DNA from: an uncultured Pseudomonadota bacterium
Lineage (GTDB): Bacteria > Pseudomonadota > Gammaproteobacteria > Competibacterales > Competibacteraceae
NCBI GenBank assembly: GCA_963708455.1
Contig: CAVPSQ010000003.1
Location: forward strand, 241,442 to 305,441
Reading direction: 5' to 3'
DNA: 64,000 bases
Shown one piece after another: positions 48,767 through 58,236 of the stretch (position 1 is the first letter of the stretch; the number at the start of each line of letters is the position of its first letter). Under the pieces are notes generated by a model. That model searched no databases and was not told the origin of the DNA. It saw nothing but the letters and a program-made list of their open reading frames with translations. A program made the translations under genes and the position numbers.

Positions 48767-49010
48767 ACAGAGGACACGCTGCGTACCTGCTGTGGTCAGC
48801 CGACCCTGCAACAGACGGTGGTCGGCGGCACGCTCTGGTCGTATGGCGCCCAGTGGGCCGCGCTGGTGCGGGAGGGGCAGGTGGCGGAGCCTCGCCCAGC
48901 GCTTCCAATTCCGCCACCGGCAAGGCCCGAATCTGGTTCTCTACTTGCGCTGATAAAGCGCCCAGGTGGCGGCGCAACAAGCGCAGTACCAGCGCTGCTT
49001 CTCCTTGCTG
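48767..49010. other. Mosaic scar: 3' fragment of the M48/TPR gene fused to an Rpn gene fragment
   Basis: 48767-48889 is homologous to 32745-32867 and 41150-41275 (..TLRTCCGQPTLQQ.VVGGTLWSYG.QWAALVREGQVAE). 48890-49010 is homologous to about 47790-47900 (antisense of Rpn). Confidence 0.8.
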
Positions 49011-49190
49011 CGCTGGCAACTTGAACAGACTGTGCTATGGTTCAAAGTAGGGCGACGGTTCGGAACGGTCGGTTTCAGGAAGCCGCGTCAGTCCTAACTG
49101 AATGCCCCAGCCGACCGTGCTACGCCGGTGGCTGAGCTTGAGGCGTTGGGCGGACGAGATGAATTTTTGCTCTCCTCGGAGATATAGACC

Positions 49191-51128
49191 ATGTTTGCGT
49201 TCGATCGAAAGCCACGTCCGTCTGCAATGCACTCTACTGCCCCGAAGCCCACCTCGCAGCATGCTGCCAAGAGACCCGCCGGTGAATCCACACTGGATGC
49301 GGCCATGGCGACCAACGCTCAAGCGGCTACCTTGCCTGAGATGACTGACGAGAGTCGGCGCTACAGGGAGGCGCGCTTCGGACACGACTTCAGCCAAGTG
49401 CGCGTGCATGCTGACAGCGAGGCAGCGAACGCGGAACCGGCGTCGGCCCGCTCCAAGCCCACCGGGGTCCAGCGCAAGTGCACGGAGGGCGACGAAGCAA
49501 AGGGGAAGACAGCTCCTACCGTCCAGCGCTCGGCCGCTGCCGACGCCTCAGAGACGAACTTCATCCATACACCGGTGGTCCAGGTCAAGGCGAGGACCAC
49601 CGGGAGCTTGCTGCAGGACAGCTTCCAATCCAAGCAGGGAGACGCGACCGGGCAGACCAGCGCGCCGGTGGCTCGAGTCCACGCGACAGCGCTGGCGGGC
49701 ATGCAGGGCGGGGCGCAGCCGCTGCCCTACCTGGACACCATTCAACGTGCCTTCCGCCGCCACGATGTCAGCCGGATCCAGGCCCATGTGGGCGGTTCGG
49801 CGAGCGCCGCGGCGGAGGCCATCGGCGCGGTCGCCTATACCGTCGGAGAGGCGGTCGCCTTCCACAGCGCCCCGGACCTGCACACGGCGGCGCACGAAGC
49901 GGCGCACGTCGTGCAGCAGCGCGCCGGCGTCGAGCTGTCGCACGGGCTCGGTCGAACCGGGGATCGCTATGAGCGGCACGCTGACGCCGTGGCCGATCGA
50001 GTGGTGCACGGGCAGGCAGCCGAGGGACTGCTCAGCGAGGTCGCGGACCCGGCCGGAGGTGCCCGCAAAGACGGCGATCTTGCCTTCGTGCAGCGGCAGA
50101 TCGTGTCGGACTCGTCCACGAAGACACCGACCACCTCAAACCCGAAGGCGCTCATCCCGCTCGCGCAGTTCATCCAGTACGTCGAGGCGGTGGAGAAGGC
50201 TTATCCGTCCGACACGCCGACGGACATCATCACACGCATCCGCGTCCAGTACTACAGCGGCGCCGCCTTCGAGAGCCTGATCCCGGACGCGCATTACGAG
50301 GACACTTACTGGGTACTGCACCCCGACATTACCTTCTCCGTTTCGCGAACGATGGACAAGGACAAGATCGACAAGGTCAATCCGGACGCCTATGAGCACC
50401 TGACCGCGCACGCCGACGAGAACAAGATCGGCGACAATCCCTCTCCCTACGTGGTGATGCCGAGTGGCGACAGGGTCGACGTCGGGCACCTCCTGCTCGG
50501 GCTCGACGCGCTCATTCACCCTCGTGCTGGCGACCCCTATGCCACGCTCGGGGTGCCCAACATCGATCCGGCGTCGTGGGTCGCGGATATTGGCATCGCC
50601 GCGGTGTGGATGACCCAGCACGAGGAGGCCGGCAGCCCACCGAGCGACGCGCCCAAGAAGTTGTCCAGTCCGGACCTCAATGCCTACTACCAGATGTCCG
50701 CGCCCAAGGAGGATCTGCTCAGCGACGTGGATTCGTTCGGCCTTCACGTCCAATTCGCCTCCAAGGCCAACCAGACGCTGTCGCAGGCGCTGCGCGCGTA
50801 TTACATCGGCAGCGCGACGCAGAGTGCCGGGGTGAAGCAGCGCTGGCAGACCTTCTGCAGCAAGAACGGGCTCGGCTATGCCCGCTCGGGCAACTCCATC
50901 ACCTGGAATGCGGGGACGCGGGCGGCGGTGATTAAGCGCGTCGATACGTTCAACGATCTGTACGGCGCAGGGAAGTTCGGCTCGATCTGGAACATGTTGA
51001 AGCAGAAGTCGGGCGCCACGATCGCGCGCCGGAGTTGGCCGCACACGCCAACGGTCGTCGACAAGTTCCTCAACTGGGTCAAGACGAACCTGGAGGCCGA
51101 GCTGAGCGCCGGCGGCACCAAGCCGTGA
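49191..51128 (+). CDS. DUF4157-domain (zincin-like) protein with an uncharacterised C-terminal domain of about 330 aa
   Basis: 645 aa. Partial DUF4157 signature [17 protein letters not shown], then a full one ([47 protein letters not shown]...[11 protein letters not shown], then [15 protein letters not shown]). Confidence 0.8.
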   Translation: MFAFDRKPRPSAMHSTAPKPTSQHAAKRPAGESTLDAAMATNAQAATLPEMTDESRRYREARFGHDFSQVRVHADSEAANAEPASARSKPTGVQRKCTEGDEAKGKTAPTVQRSAAADASETNFIHTPVVQVKARTTGSLLQDSFQSKQGDATGQTSAPVARVHATALAGMQGGAQPLPYLDTIQRAFRRHDVSRIQAHVGGSASAAAEAIGAVAYTVGEAVAFHSAPDLHTAAHEAAHVVQQRAGVELSHGLGRTGDRYERHADAVADRVVHGQAAEGLLSEVADPAGGARKDGDLAFVQRQIVSDSSTKTPTTSNPKALIPLAQFIQYVEAVEKAYPSDTPTDIITRIRVQYYSGAAFESLIPDAHYEDTYWVLHPDITFSVSRTMDKDKIDKVNPDAYEHLTAHADENKIGDNPSPYVVMPSGDRVDVGHLLLGLDALIHPRAGDPYATLGVPNIDPASWVADIGIAAVWMTQHEEAGSPPSDAPKKLSSPDLNAYYQMSAPKEDLLSDVDSFGLHVQFASKANQTLSQALRAYYIGSATQSAGVKQRWQTFCSKNGLGYARSGNSITWNAGTRAAVIKRVDTFNDLYGAGKFGSIWNMLKQKSGATIARRSWPHTPTVVDKFLNWVKTNLEAELSAGGTKP

Positions 51129-51451
51129 GCGGGCGCGGCAGGTTGGCACGGAAGGTGGTGATTGGTACGGCGAGCGTTCTGATCGTGCCGCTGGCGGCGG
51201 TGAGCGGGGTGGGGGCAGCCAGGGTCGTCGCCGGCGGCAACGTGTCGGACGTGGGCGTCGCGATGTATGAGCATGGCCAGGCCGCCATCGTCGTCGGTGC
51301 GGCGGTCTACATCGTAAGTGTCGCCGCACTGCTCGCCCTCCTCTCCAGAGCAGCAGGCGAGCACCGCCGCACACCCTATGTCGTGGGCCTCCCCCTGGCG
51401 CTCTGCGGCCTGGTTCTAACGACAGCACTGCTGCGCTTCACCTACGGATGA
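51125..51451 (+). CDS. Small three-TM membrane protein overlapping the DUF4157 gene stop (GTGA)
   Basis: GTG at 51125 is in frame with ORF 51035..51451. Hydrophobic spans are [43 protein letters not shown] and [19 protein letters not shown]. Confidence 0.5.
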   Translation: MSGRGRLARKVVIGTASVLIVPLAAVSGVGAARVVAGGNVSDVGVAMYEHGQAAIVVGAAVYIVSVAALLALLSRAAGEHRRTPYVVGLPLALCGLVLTTALLRFTYG

Positions 51452-51531
51452 CGGGCACGCGGCCGTCACGTGGGTTCTTTCTCGGCCTTCCGATCATTCC
51501 CCTCGTGCGGCTGGTCTCCCTGCCGCTCTTC

Positions 51532-51870
51532 GAGGACCACAAGAATCCGTTGGGAGGCAAAAAGGAACGTTACTACGACTGCCCTCTGGTACTGGTCGAG
51601 GTGAGTTCGCCGAGCACCCAGTATCTCGACCGCGCCAAGAAAAAGCAGGATTACATGCAGCTTCCCTCGTTGTCGCTGTATCTGATCATCGATTCCATCC
51701 GCAATCACGTGGCGGGTATCTATCGGCAAAGCGGCAATACCTGGGAGGAATTCGCTGTTACCAACGAGAGCACGATCGACCTGCCGGTGATTGGCGGACT
51801 GCCGGAGATCGCATTCACCGCAGCCCAACTTTATGAGAAAACGGGGGTAAAACAGAAGCTCATAGATTGA
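51532..51870 (+). pseudogene. N-terminally truncated Uma2-family (DUF820) endonuclease
   Basis: CPLVLVEVSSPSTQYLDRAKKKQDYMQLPSLSLYLIIDSIRNHVAGIYRQSG fits the Uma2 core (PDLvvEV.SpsT...D...K...Y...gv.eYwlvD). The N-terminal 80 or so residues are missing. GC is lower than the flanks. Confidence 0.6.
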
Positions 51871-52274
51871 GCAACCGGCGTATTTCCCGAACTCGCTGCC
51901 TATTTTGGCAACCGCTTCCCCGATTTTCAGCACCAGCTCCAGGACACCGGCAGTCAAGGATTGGGCATAACGTCGGGAGCGCCTTTTGGCGATGCTGCCA
52001 ATCTCAGCGAAAGCCCCATCACCGCGCTGGATCAGACAGCCAGGAATCAGTTATTCCAAATGATCTAACCGCAATATCGGCTGGGATGCTCTGAACAATC
52101 ATTACGCCCCTCCCCCAGTCTGGATGTGAACCTCGTTTTTTACCTACCGTATTCGCTTCCTGGCACGACTTCTCGCTCATTCAAGTTCCCTGCTATGCTT
52201 ATAAAAGTTCTGTCCTGCAGCGCTCAGCACAGAGCTACCGCGACAAGCATAATGAAGGACGCGACCTCATTCCG

Positions 52275-53036
52275 ATGGCAAAGATCTATATTTCTTCCAC
52301 TTACAGTGACCTTGAGAAACACCGCACCGCCGTCTACCGCACGCTCCAGCAGATGAGGCATGAGGTGATCGCCATGGAGGATTATGTCGCCACCGATCAA
52401 CTCCCAGTGGACAAGTGTCTGGCTGATGTCGCCGCCGGTGATCTGTACGTGGGCATCTTTGCCTGGCGCTATGGTTACCGGCCACCGCATGCAAACCCGA
52501 CCCACAAGTCCATTACCGAGCTGGAATACCGGCAGGCCCGGCAAACGGGCAAACCCTGCCTACTGTTTCTGACGGAGGAGAAAGAGGCAGCCGCCCCGCC
52601 GGAGGCAGATGCTGATGACTCGGAAGACTATCGGTGCATCCGGGCACTGCGCCGCGAACTGGAGCGAGGACATGTCGTCAGCTATTTCAGGAATTCTGAC
52701 CACCTCGCCAGCCTGGTGAGCCTTGCAGTCCGGGACTGGGAGCAGTCGCAGACAAAACCGGTCTACCAGCCGGGAGTCTGGGGACGTTGGTGGGCGGAAC
52801 TCACCGCGGCGCTGTTCGCACGCCGCCGCACCCAACGTTATCTGCGCAACCTGCTGGTGCAGCATCGTGAGTTCACCTTCCTTGGCCGGGCCAAGCCATT
52901 AAAGTTGGAGAACATCTATGTCAGCCTGAAGGTGGGAGAATACACATCCGCGGCGTTGCAGCCGGATGCGCCTGACGCCAGAGTTGCTGAAGAACCCCCC
53001 GCCCCGGTGGGCGAAGTGTATGGACCGGAGAGATAG
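52275..53036 (+). pseudogene. DUF4062-domain (TIR-like) STAND/NACHT-type gene, truncated by IS insertion before the P-loop
   Basis: MAKIYISSTYSDLEKHRTAVYRTLQQMRHEVIAMEDYVATDQLPVDKCLADVAAGDLYVGIFAWRYGY...SITELEYRQARQTGKPCLLFL fits the DUF4062 pattern. The ORF runs into the IS inverted repeat at 53016 and stops at 53036. Confidence 0.7.
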
Positions 53037-53164
53037 GTAACAGGTGTTCGGAGACATCGGTAACACCTGTTCGGAGACATAGGTAACACTGAAAAACTAT
53101 CATGAGATGATGTGTATTGACTTCATGCCGGTGTCCTAATACCAAATATTAGTAAAATATTACT

Positions 53165-53826
53165 TTAATTAGTATCTGGTGCCATACCAATTTTTTGAAG
53201 GGCATCGAAGATAAACTTCCTGCTAGTTAATGAGGCAAAGAACGCTTTTGATTTGGATGAAAAAAGCTGTTTTACCTTCTCTTTCAAGACATCCAGATTA
53301 GGAAAAATCTGATTAGCAATTTCACCTTTAGCCCATTCCCATAACTGCTCGGATGAGTTTACTTGGGGGCTGTGCGGGGGTTGATAAAGTAGCATTACAT
53401 TATCCGGCATCACCAAGTCATTCGAACAGTGAAAGCGCGCATTATCGGTTTGAAGGATGTGAAAATCGTTCGGGTACTGTTGTGAAAAATCATTGAGAAA
53501 TTGCTGAAAATTTTCAGTATTCACCTGATCATAATCTTGAATCATGCACTCACCAGTCAAGGGTTTCACCGCACCATACAGATAGAACGCTTTAAAGAGC
53601 CATTGCACCTTGACCAGTGGTTTGACTTTTTTCAGGGTAATCCGCCGCCGCGTGATGGTCTTCAGGCCAAACCGACTTTCGTCCTGGGTCCAATAACGAA
53701 TCTTTGAATATCTTTCTAAACAAGGACTTGCAATTTCATTTAGGCTGGCCGGCACGATTTTTTTTTAAAGTCTTCAACAGCGTCCGGATCGTAACCAGTC
53801 GCATACGGTCGAGGCACTTTGAGGCA
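53165..53826 (-). pseudogene. IS630 transposase, C-terminal (DDE) half
   Basis: ..IRYWTQDESRFGL...ILQTDNARFHCS...LLYQPPHSPQVNSSEQLWEWAKGEI carries the Tc1/IS630 DDE blocks. It is separated from its N-terminal half by the IS4 insertion. Confidence 0.8.
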
Positions 53827-53836
53827 GGCCTTGAGC

Positions 53837-55303
53837 CTGTCCATTACACACATCTTGTAGAACGAACCGCCGCCTCCATCTAAGGGAGGTAGATGCAGAC
53901 GACTGAGGTACAAGTGATGACGGACACGGCGGCGGGAAGTTGGGCAGCGGCGGAACTGGCGGGAGCGGACTTGGGCGATGCCCGGCTGAACCGGCGGCTG
54001 GTGCAGGTAGCGCAACAACTGGGCGCGCAGCCTGGCGCGAGCATTCCGGTGGCGTGCGGGGGCTGGGCGGAGACGCAAGCGGCGTATCGATTGCTGGCGC
54101 ACGAGAACGTCGACTGGGAATCGGTGCTGGCGCCGCACTGGGACGGTAGCGTCGAGCGGATGCGGGCGCATCGGGTGGTGCTGTGCGTACAGGACACGAC
54201 CGAGTTGGATTTCACGTCCCAGCCGGGAATTGGCGGTCTGGGACCGCTGAGCTATTTGCGACAGCACGGAGTGTATGTGCATCCTACCCTGGCGGTGACC
54301 CCGGACGGGGTGCCGTTGGGAGTGCTGGATGCGTGGTTGTGGGCACGCGACCAGAAGACCTTTGGCGACGACAAACGCCACTGGCCCATCGAGGCCAAAG
54401 AGAGCATGCGCTGGCTGGAAGGATTTGAGCGGTGCGCGGAACTGGCCGCCACATTGCCGGACACCCGGTTGGTCTATGTCGCCGATCGGGAATGCGATAT
54501 TCATGAATTCATGGTGCGTGCCGGCCGCTGGCCGGGCATCGACTGGCTGGTTCGGGCCACCCACAACCGCTGCCTGGCGGAGGGTGATAAACTCTGGGAC
54601 CGGCTGGCGAAAAGCGCGGTGTTGGGTGAAGTCCGTTTCATCCTGCCCGCCCGGCCGGGACGGCCCAGCCGGCCGGTGGTGCTGACCGTCCGCGCGGAAC
54701 GCGTGACCCTGCAACCGACGGGTGGCGAAGCGGTCACCGTGACCGCGTTACGGGCGCGGGAAGAAGCCCCGCCAGCGGATGTCGAGCCGCTCGACTGGCG
54801 GCTGCTCACCAACCGCCCGGCCGACACTCTCGCCCACGCGGCCGAGTTGCTCCAATGGTACGCAACTCGTTGGAGCATCGAGGTTTTTTTCAGAATTTTC
54901 AAAACCGGCTGCCGCGTGGAAGCGTTGCAACTGAGCACCCTGGAGCGGCTGCAACCGGCCTTAGCCTTGTATCTGATCATCGCGTGGCGGATTCAGTATT
55001 TGACCTTGCTGGGGCGGGCCACCCCCGACCTGCCTTGTGATGCAGTCCTGGACCCGGCCGAATGGCAGGCCGTCTACGTCGCAATTCACCGCCGGCCGCC
55101 GCCGGTGACCCCACCGTCGCTGCCCGTCATGCTCCGTTGGATCGCCCAACTGGGCGGCCATTTGGGGCGCAAGCATGATGGGCCACCCGGTCCCAAAGCC
55201 CTCTGGATCGGCTTGCAGCGAGCTCGCGACCTTGCCTGGGGTATGCAATTGGCGTCTGATCTCCATTCCCAATCAACCGGTTAGAGATGTGTGTAATGGA
55301 CAG
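53837..55303 (+). mobile_element. IS4-family element inserted in the IS630 transposase gene
   Basis: 19-bp perfect TIRs: CTGTCCATTACACACATCT (53837-53855) and AGATGTGTGTAATGGACAG (55285-55303). 10-bp target duplication GGCCTTGAGC (53827-53836 and 55304-55313). Confidence 0.9.
53893..55284 (+). CDS. IS4-family DDE transposase (intact)
   Basis: 463 aa. Y-x2-R-x3-E-x6-K signature in YATRWSIEVFFRIFK. Confidence 0.85.
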   Translation: MQTTEVQVMTDTAAGSWAAAELAGADLGDARLNRRLVQVAQQLGAQPGASIPVACGGWAETQAAYRLLAHENVDWESVLAPHWDGSVERMRAHRVVLCVQDTTELDFTSQPGIGGLGPLSYLRQHGVYVHPTLAVTPDGVPLGVLDAWLWARDQKTFGDDKRHWPIEAKESMRWLEGFERCAELAATLPDTRLVYVADRECDIHEFMVRAGRWPGIDWLVRATHNRCLAEGDKLWDRLAKSAVLGEVRFILPARPGRPSRPVVLTVRAERVTLQPTGGEAVTVTALRAREEAPPADVEPLDWRLLTNRPADTLAHAAELLQWYATRWSIEVFFRIFKTGCRVEALQLSTLERLQPALALYLIIAWRIQYLTLLGRATPDLPCDAVLDPAEWQAVYVAIHRRPPPVTPPSLPVMLRWIAQLGGHLGRKHDGPPGPKALWIGLQRARDLAWGMQLASDLHSQSTG

Positions 55304-55313
55304 GGCCTTGAGC

Positions 55314-55723
55314 CGGTATTTGACGGTTCCAAAAACGGTTGAATAAGGTACCTCTAAGCCATGCGTTTCTTTGAGCCAAACTTGGATAGCTTTGTAACTG
55401 GCAAACCCCTCGGGTTGGGCAAGTTTTTCTTTTAATTGCCATTGGATTTCCACCGGTATAGAGGGTGCTAAATTGCCACCTCGATAATTTAGATGGAGTA
55501 AACTGTTTAATCCTCGGGTACGGTAGATGTTGATCCATTGCCCGATGGCAACCTGACTCCGGTTCAACAATTTCCCCAACGCTTGCCGAGTCTTGGCTTG
55601 GCCTGTTTTGTACCAGTATAGAAACTGTAATCGTTCACGCTTGCGAACATCTTTCTCTTGCTTGAGTAAAGCTTCTAGGGTTTCTGGTGACTCTATCACT
55701 TCAAATTTAAACACTCGGCACAT
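55314..55723 (-). pseudogene. IS630 transposase, N-terminal (HTH) half
   Basis: MCRVFKFEVIESPETLEALLKQEKDVRKRERLQFLYWYKTGQAKTRQALGKLLNRSQVAIGQWINIYRTRGL... ends at ..VKYRLKA, at the IS4 junction. Confidence 0.8.
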
Positions 55724-55779
55724 GTTTTTTCCTCCACATTAAATGCTTATATAATACACTATTTTAGTAGTATTTGGTA

Positions 55780-56898
55780 TAAGATCAATCCGAGTGACCT
55801 TATGGTGACAGAAGTAGATATCAAACTGGCCCTCGGTGTTAACGGGCCGCAATGCCACCGGGTAACCTTGCAAGGCGCTACTGACGGTAAACAACCGCCC
55901 TTGGAAGTGCACCACCCCTTTGTTTTGCACCCTGCGGACCCGATCATCCGGACCGTACTCAATTGGCGGCAGGGTTTCAGGAAAGGAACAGGGACTGGGT
56001 TGATAGCGGCTGATCGGGACAGCCATGTCCAGAGCCTGATGGGGGCGCTCCCGGTTGTACACCTCCCGCCACCGATCAAAGGCCCCTTGACACACCGACA
56101 ACGACGCAAAGTACTGGTCACGCAACACCTCTGCCTTGAGGGTACGATGAAACCGCTCATCCTTTCCCTGGGTCTGCGGATGATAGGGATGACTATGACT
56201 GATGCGAACCCCCAAGCGGATCAGCCACAGGACCAGGGCCGACAGGGTTTGCTGGCCCTCGCCCCCCCAGGGTGGGCCATTATCCATGAGCATCCGTTCC
56301 GCAAGCCATAGCGCCGAAAGGTCGCGGTCAGGGCCGCTTGCACCGTGGCGCCCTGTTCGTCCCCACACGCCTGCAGGCAGACCGCGAAGCGGGAATGGTC
56401 ATCCAACACCGTCAAGGGATGGCAGCGGCCTTGGGCAATGGCAAAGTGGCCTTTGAAGTCCATCTGCCACAAGCGATTGGGGGCTACCTGTTCAAAGCGA
56501 TGCCACGGCTGATGCTTACGCCCGTCTGCTGCACTCAACCGCTGATGGCGCCGCAAAATAGCCGTCATGGTGCTCGCACTGGGCAAGGCCGTCTGCCCCT
56601 GGGCCTGCAGGTAGGCGCGGAGTTTGCGCCCACCCCAGGCGGGATGGGCATCCCGCACCGCTACGATCATCTGCTCGAGCGCCGCCACCGTTTGACGCGG
56701 CGACCGGTATGGCCGGTGGTCACGCTCGACCAACGCTTCCAGACCCCCGGCACGAAACCGCTTCAGCCATTGGTAACCGGTCTTGGTACTGATGCCATAC
56801 CGGTGGCACAAGGTTCTCATCTCGATCTGCGCTTGGTTGGCCAACAGGACAAACTCTTGCCGTACTGCCAGCGACACTCTCTGTTGCGACATCAACAT
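55780..56898 (-). pseudogene. IS481-family transposase, frameshifted (1-nt deletion near 56300) and split by IS630
   Basis: N-terminal frame ..LWQMDFKGHF...TFRRYGL, then a second frame ERMLMDNGPPWG...HPYHPQTQGKDERFHRTLK. The expected join is RRYGLPERML. Confidence 0.8.
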
Positions 56899-57051
56899 TC
56901 TCCTCTAGGAAAATGCTGGTCAGCTTAAAAGAATGTTACCGATGTCTCCGAACAGGTGTTACCGATGTCTCCGAACAGTGTTACCCATCTCTCCGAACAG
57001 GTGTTACCGATGTCTCCGAACACCTGTTACCTATCTCTCCGGTCCATACAC

Positions 57052-57154
57052 GCCGCACCCCAGTGCGGCATTGTAATGACGCCAGTGGCAATGGCGAGAG
57101 CCGCACTGTGGGGTGCGGCGCTCCCAGGGTGCCAGCGGCAACGAATGTCTGGAC
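57052..57154. repeat. Partial copy of the palindromic core of the 17.3-kb MITE (REP-like)
   Basis: 57100-57154 is the reverse complement of 17355-17406 with 1 mismatch and a 2-nt indel. 57052-57069 (GCCGCACCCCAGTGCGGC) is the opposite arm, abutting the IS481 end. Confidence 0.8.
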
Positions 57155-57162
57155 ATGAGCCA

Positions 57163-58065
57163 TTAATTCGACTGATGCGATTGGCTGAGTGTGCTGCCCA
57201 GCGATTCCAGATAATCGCGGAATTGGGTGCCGAGTTCAGGGTGCTTGAGACCGTACTCGATATTGGCGATCAGATAGCCCAGCTTGTTACCGCAGTCGTA
57301 GCGCCTTCCTTCAAACTCATAGGCTAATACCTGCTCTTCCTGGAGTAAAGCAGCGATGCCATCGGTCAGTTGGATTTCGTTACCGGCTCCCTTGGGTGTG
57401 GTCGCCAATAAATCGAAAATCCGCGGTGTCAGGATATAGCGGCCTACCACCGCCAGATTGGAGGGAGCGTCTGCCGGTTTCGGTTTCTCCACAATGCTAT
57501 CCACATTGCTTAAGTTCTGGGCGAATGCCAGGGGATGGACGATGCCATATTTGTAAGTTTCCTCCTCGGGCACTCGTTCCACGCCCAGGATGGAGCACTG
57601 ATATTTATGGAAATGAGTAGCCATCTGCGCCAGAGCACCGCCTCGGGGTGCATCGATCAAGTCATCCGCAAGCAGGATGGCAAAGGGTTCATCGCCGACC
57701 ACCGCGCTGGCGCACAGCACGGCATGGCCCAGACCCAGCGCCTCCGGCTGCCGGATATAGACGCAGGTGACGCCGGAGGGAACGACCGCGCGTACCAACT
57801 TAAGCAAATCCTCCTTGCTCCTGGCTTCCAGTTCCGCTTCCAGTTCATAGGCTTTGTCGAAGTGATCCATGATGGAATTTTTGGTGCGACCGGTGATAAA
57901 AACCAAAGTATCCACCCCGGCCGCCATCGCCTCCTCGACGCCGTACTGGATCAGGGGTTTGTCCACAACGGTCAGCATTTCCTTCGGATTGGCTTTGGTA
58001 GCCGGCAGAAACCGGGTTCCCAGACCAGCCACTGGGAAAACTGCTTTACGAACTCTCCGTTTCAC
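57163..58065 (-). CDS. galU: UTP-glucose-1-phosphate uridylyltransferase
   Basis: 300 aa. The N-terminus [35 protein letters not shown] is the GalU signature. Confidence 0.9.
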   Translation of the reverse strand: MKRRVRKAVFPVAGLGTRFLPATKANPKEMLTVVDKPLIQYGVEEAMAAGVDTLVFITGRTKNSIMDHFDKAYELEAELEARSKEDLLKLVRAVVPSGVTCVYIRQPEALGLGHAVLCASAVVGDEPFAILLADDLIDAPRGGALAQMATHFHKYQCSILGVERVPEEETYKYGIVHPLAFAQNLSNVDSIVEKPKPADAPSNLAVVGRYILTPRIFDLLATTPKGAGNEIQLTDGIAALLQEEQVLAYEFEGRRYDCGNKLGYLIANIEYGLKHPELGTQFRDYLESLGSTLSQSHQSN

Positions 58066-58164
58066 GGAATCGACCTCGTTGGTTTTGATGGATTAGGATA
58101 GGGGTCACACCCAATGTAGTGAGATTGCTACACATTGCCGGTGATCTTTAGTGGAAAATAGAGC

Positions 58165-58193
58165 TTGACATTTCTTTAAAATGAGCTATAAAT
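58165..58193 (+). promoter_or_regulatory. Near-consensus sigma-70 promoter upstream of 58237
   Basis: TTGACA (58165-58170), a 16-nt spacer, then TATAAA (58187-58192), about 45 nt before the ATG. Confidence 0.45.
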
Positions 58194-58236
58194 ACTACAC
58201 AACAACTTTCAAGCTACTTACAGAGGAGCAGTTCCC

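Larger units (their letters stand above)
53142..55777 (-). mobile_element. IS630-family element inserted in the IS481 transposase 3' end
   Basis: Imperfect TIRs CCAAATATTAGTAAAATA / TATTTTAGTAGTATTTGG. TA target duplication at 53140-53141 and 55778-55779. About 1.16 kb once the nested IS4 is removed. Confidence 0.75.
53016..57051 (-). mobile_element. IS481-family element (outer shell of a nested insertion)
   Basis: About 62 bp of perfect terminal inverted repeats (GTGTATGGACCGGAGAGATAGGTAACAGGTGTTCGGAGACATCGGTAACACCTGTTCGGAGA at 53016; its reverse complement ends at 57051). The repeats contain internal GGTAACA..GTTCGGAGACAT sub-repeats and enclose an IS481-type transposase gene. Confidence 0.75.

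Noticed and set aside
49062-49089. A possible ECF-type promoter, GGAAC-N19-CGTC, about 100 nt upstream of the DUF4157 gene. The same N19 spacing appears in the GGGAGC..CGTAC of the 32-bp units.
   Set aside because: The 19-nt spacer is longer than the canonical 16-17 nt. It is a single occurrence of two short motifs in GC-rich DNA, so chance cannot be excluded without a regulon or a position-weight-matrix search.
51871-52274. Minus-strand reading ..IQRGDGAFAEIGSIAKRRSRRYAQSLTAGVLELVLKIGEAVAKIGSEFGKYAG.., which might be a transposase or other gene fragment.
   Set aside because: I can assign no family motif. The frame is short and interrupted, so it is left unannotated.
56221-56368. The frameshift in the IS481-type transposase could be programmed ribosomal frameshifting, as in IS3-family elements.
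   Set aside because: IS481-family transposases are normally single ORFs. The shift sits inside a conserved block (RRYGL-P-ERML) with no slippery heptamer visible. The element is in any case already disrupted by IS630.
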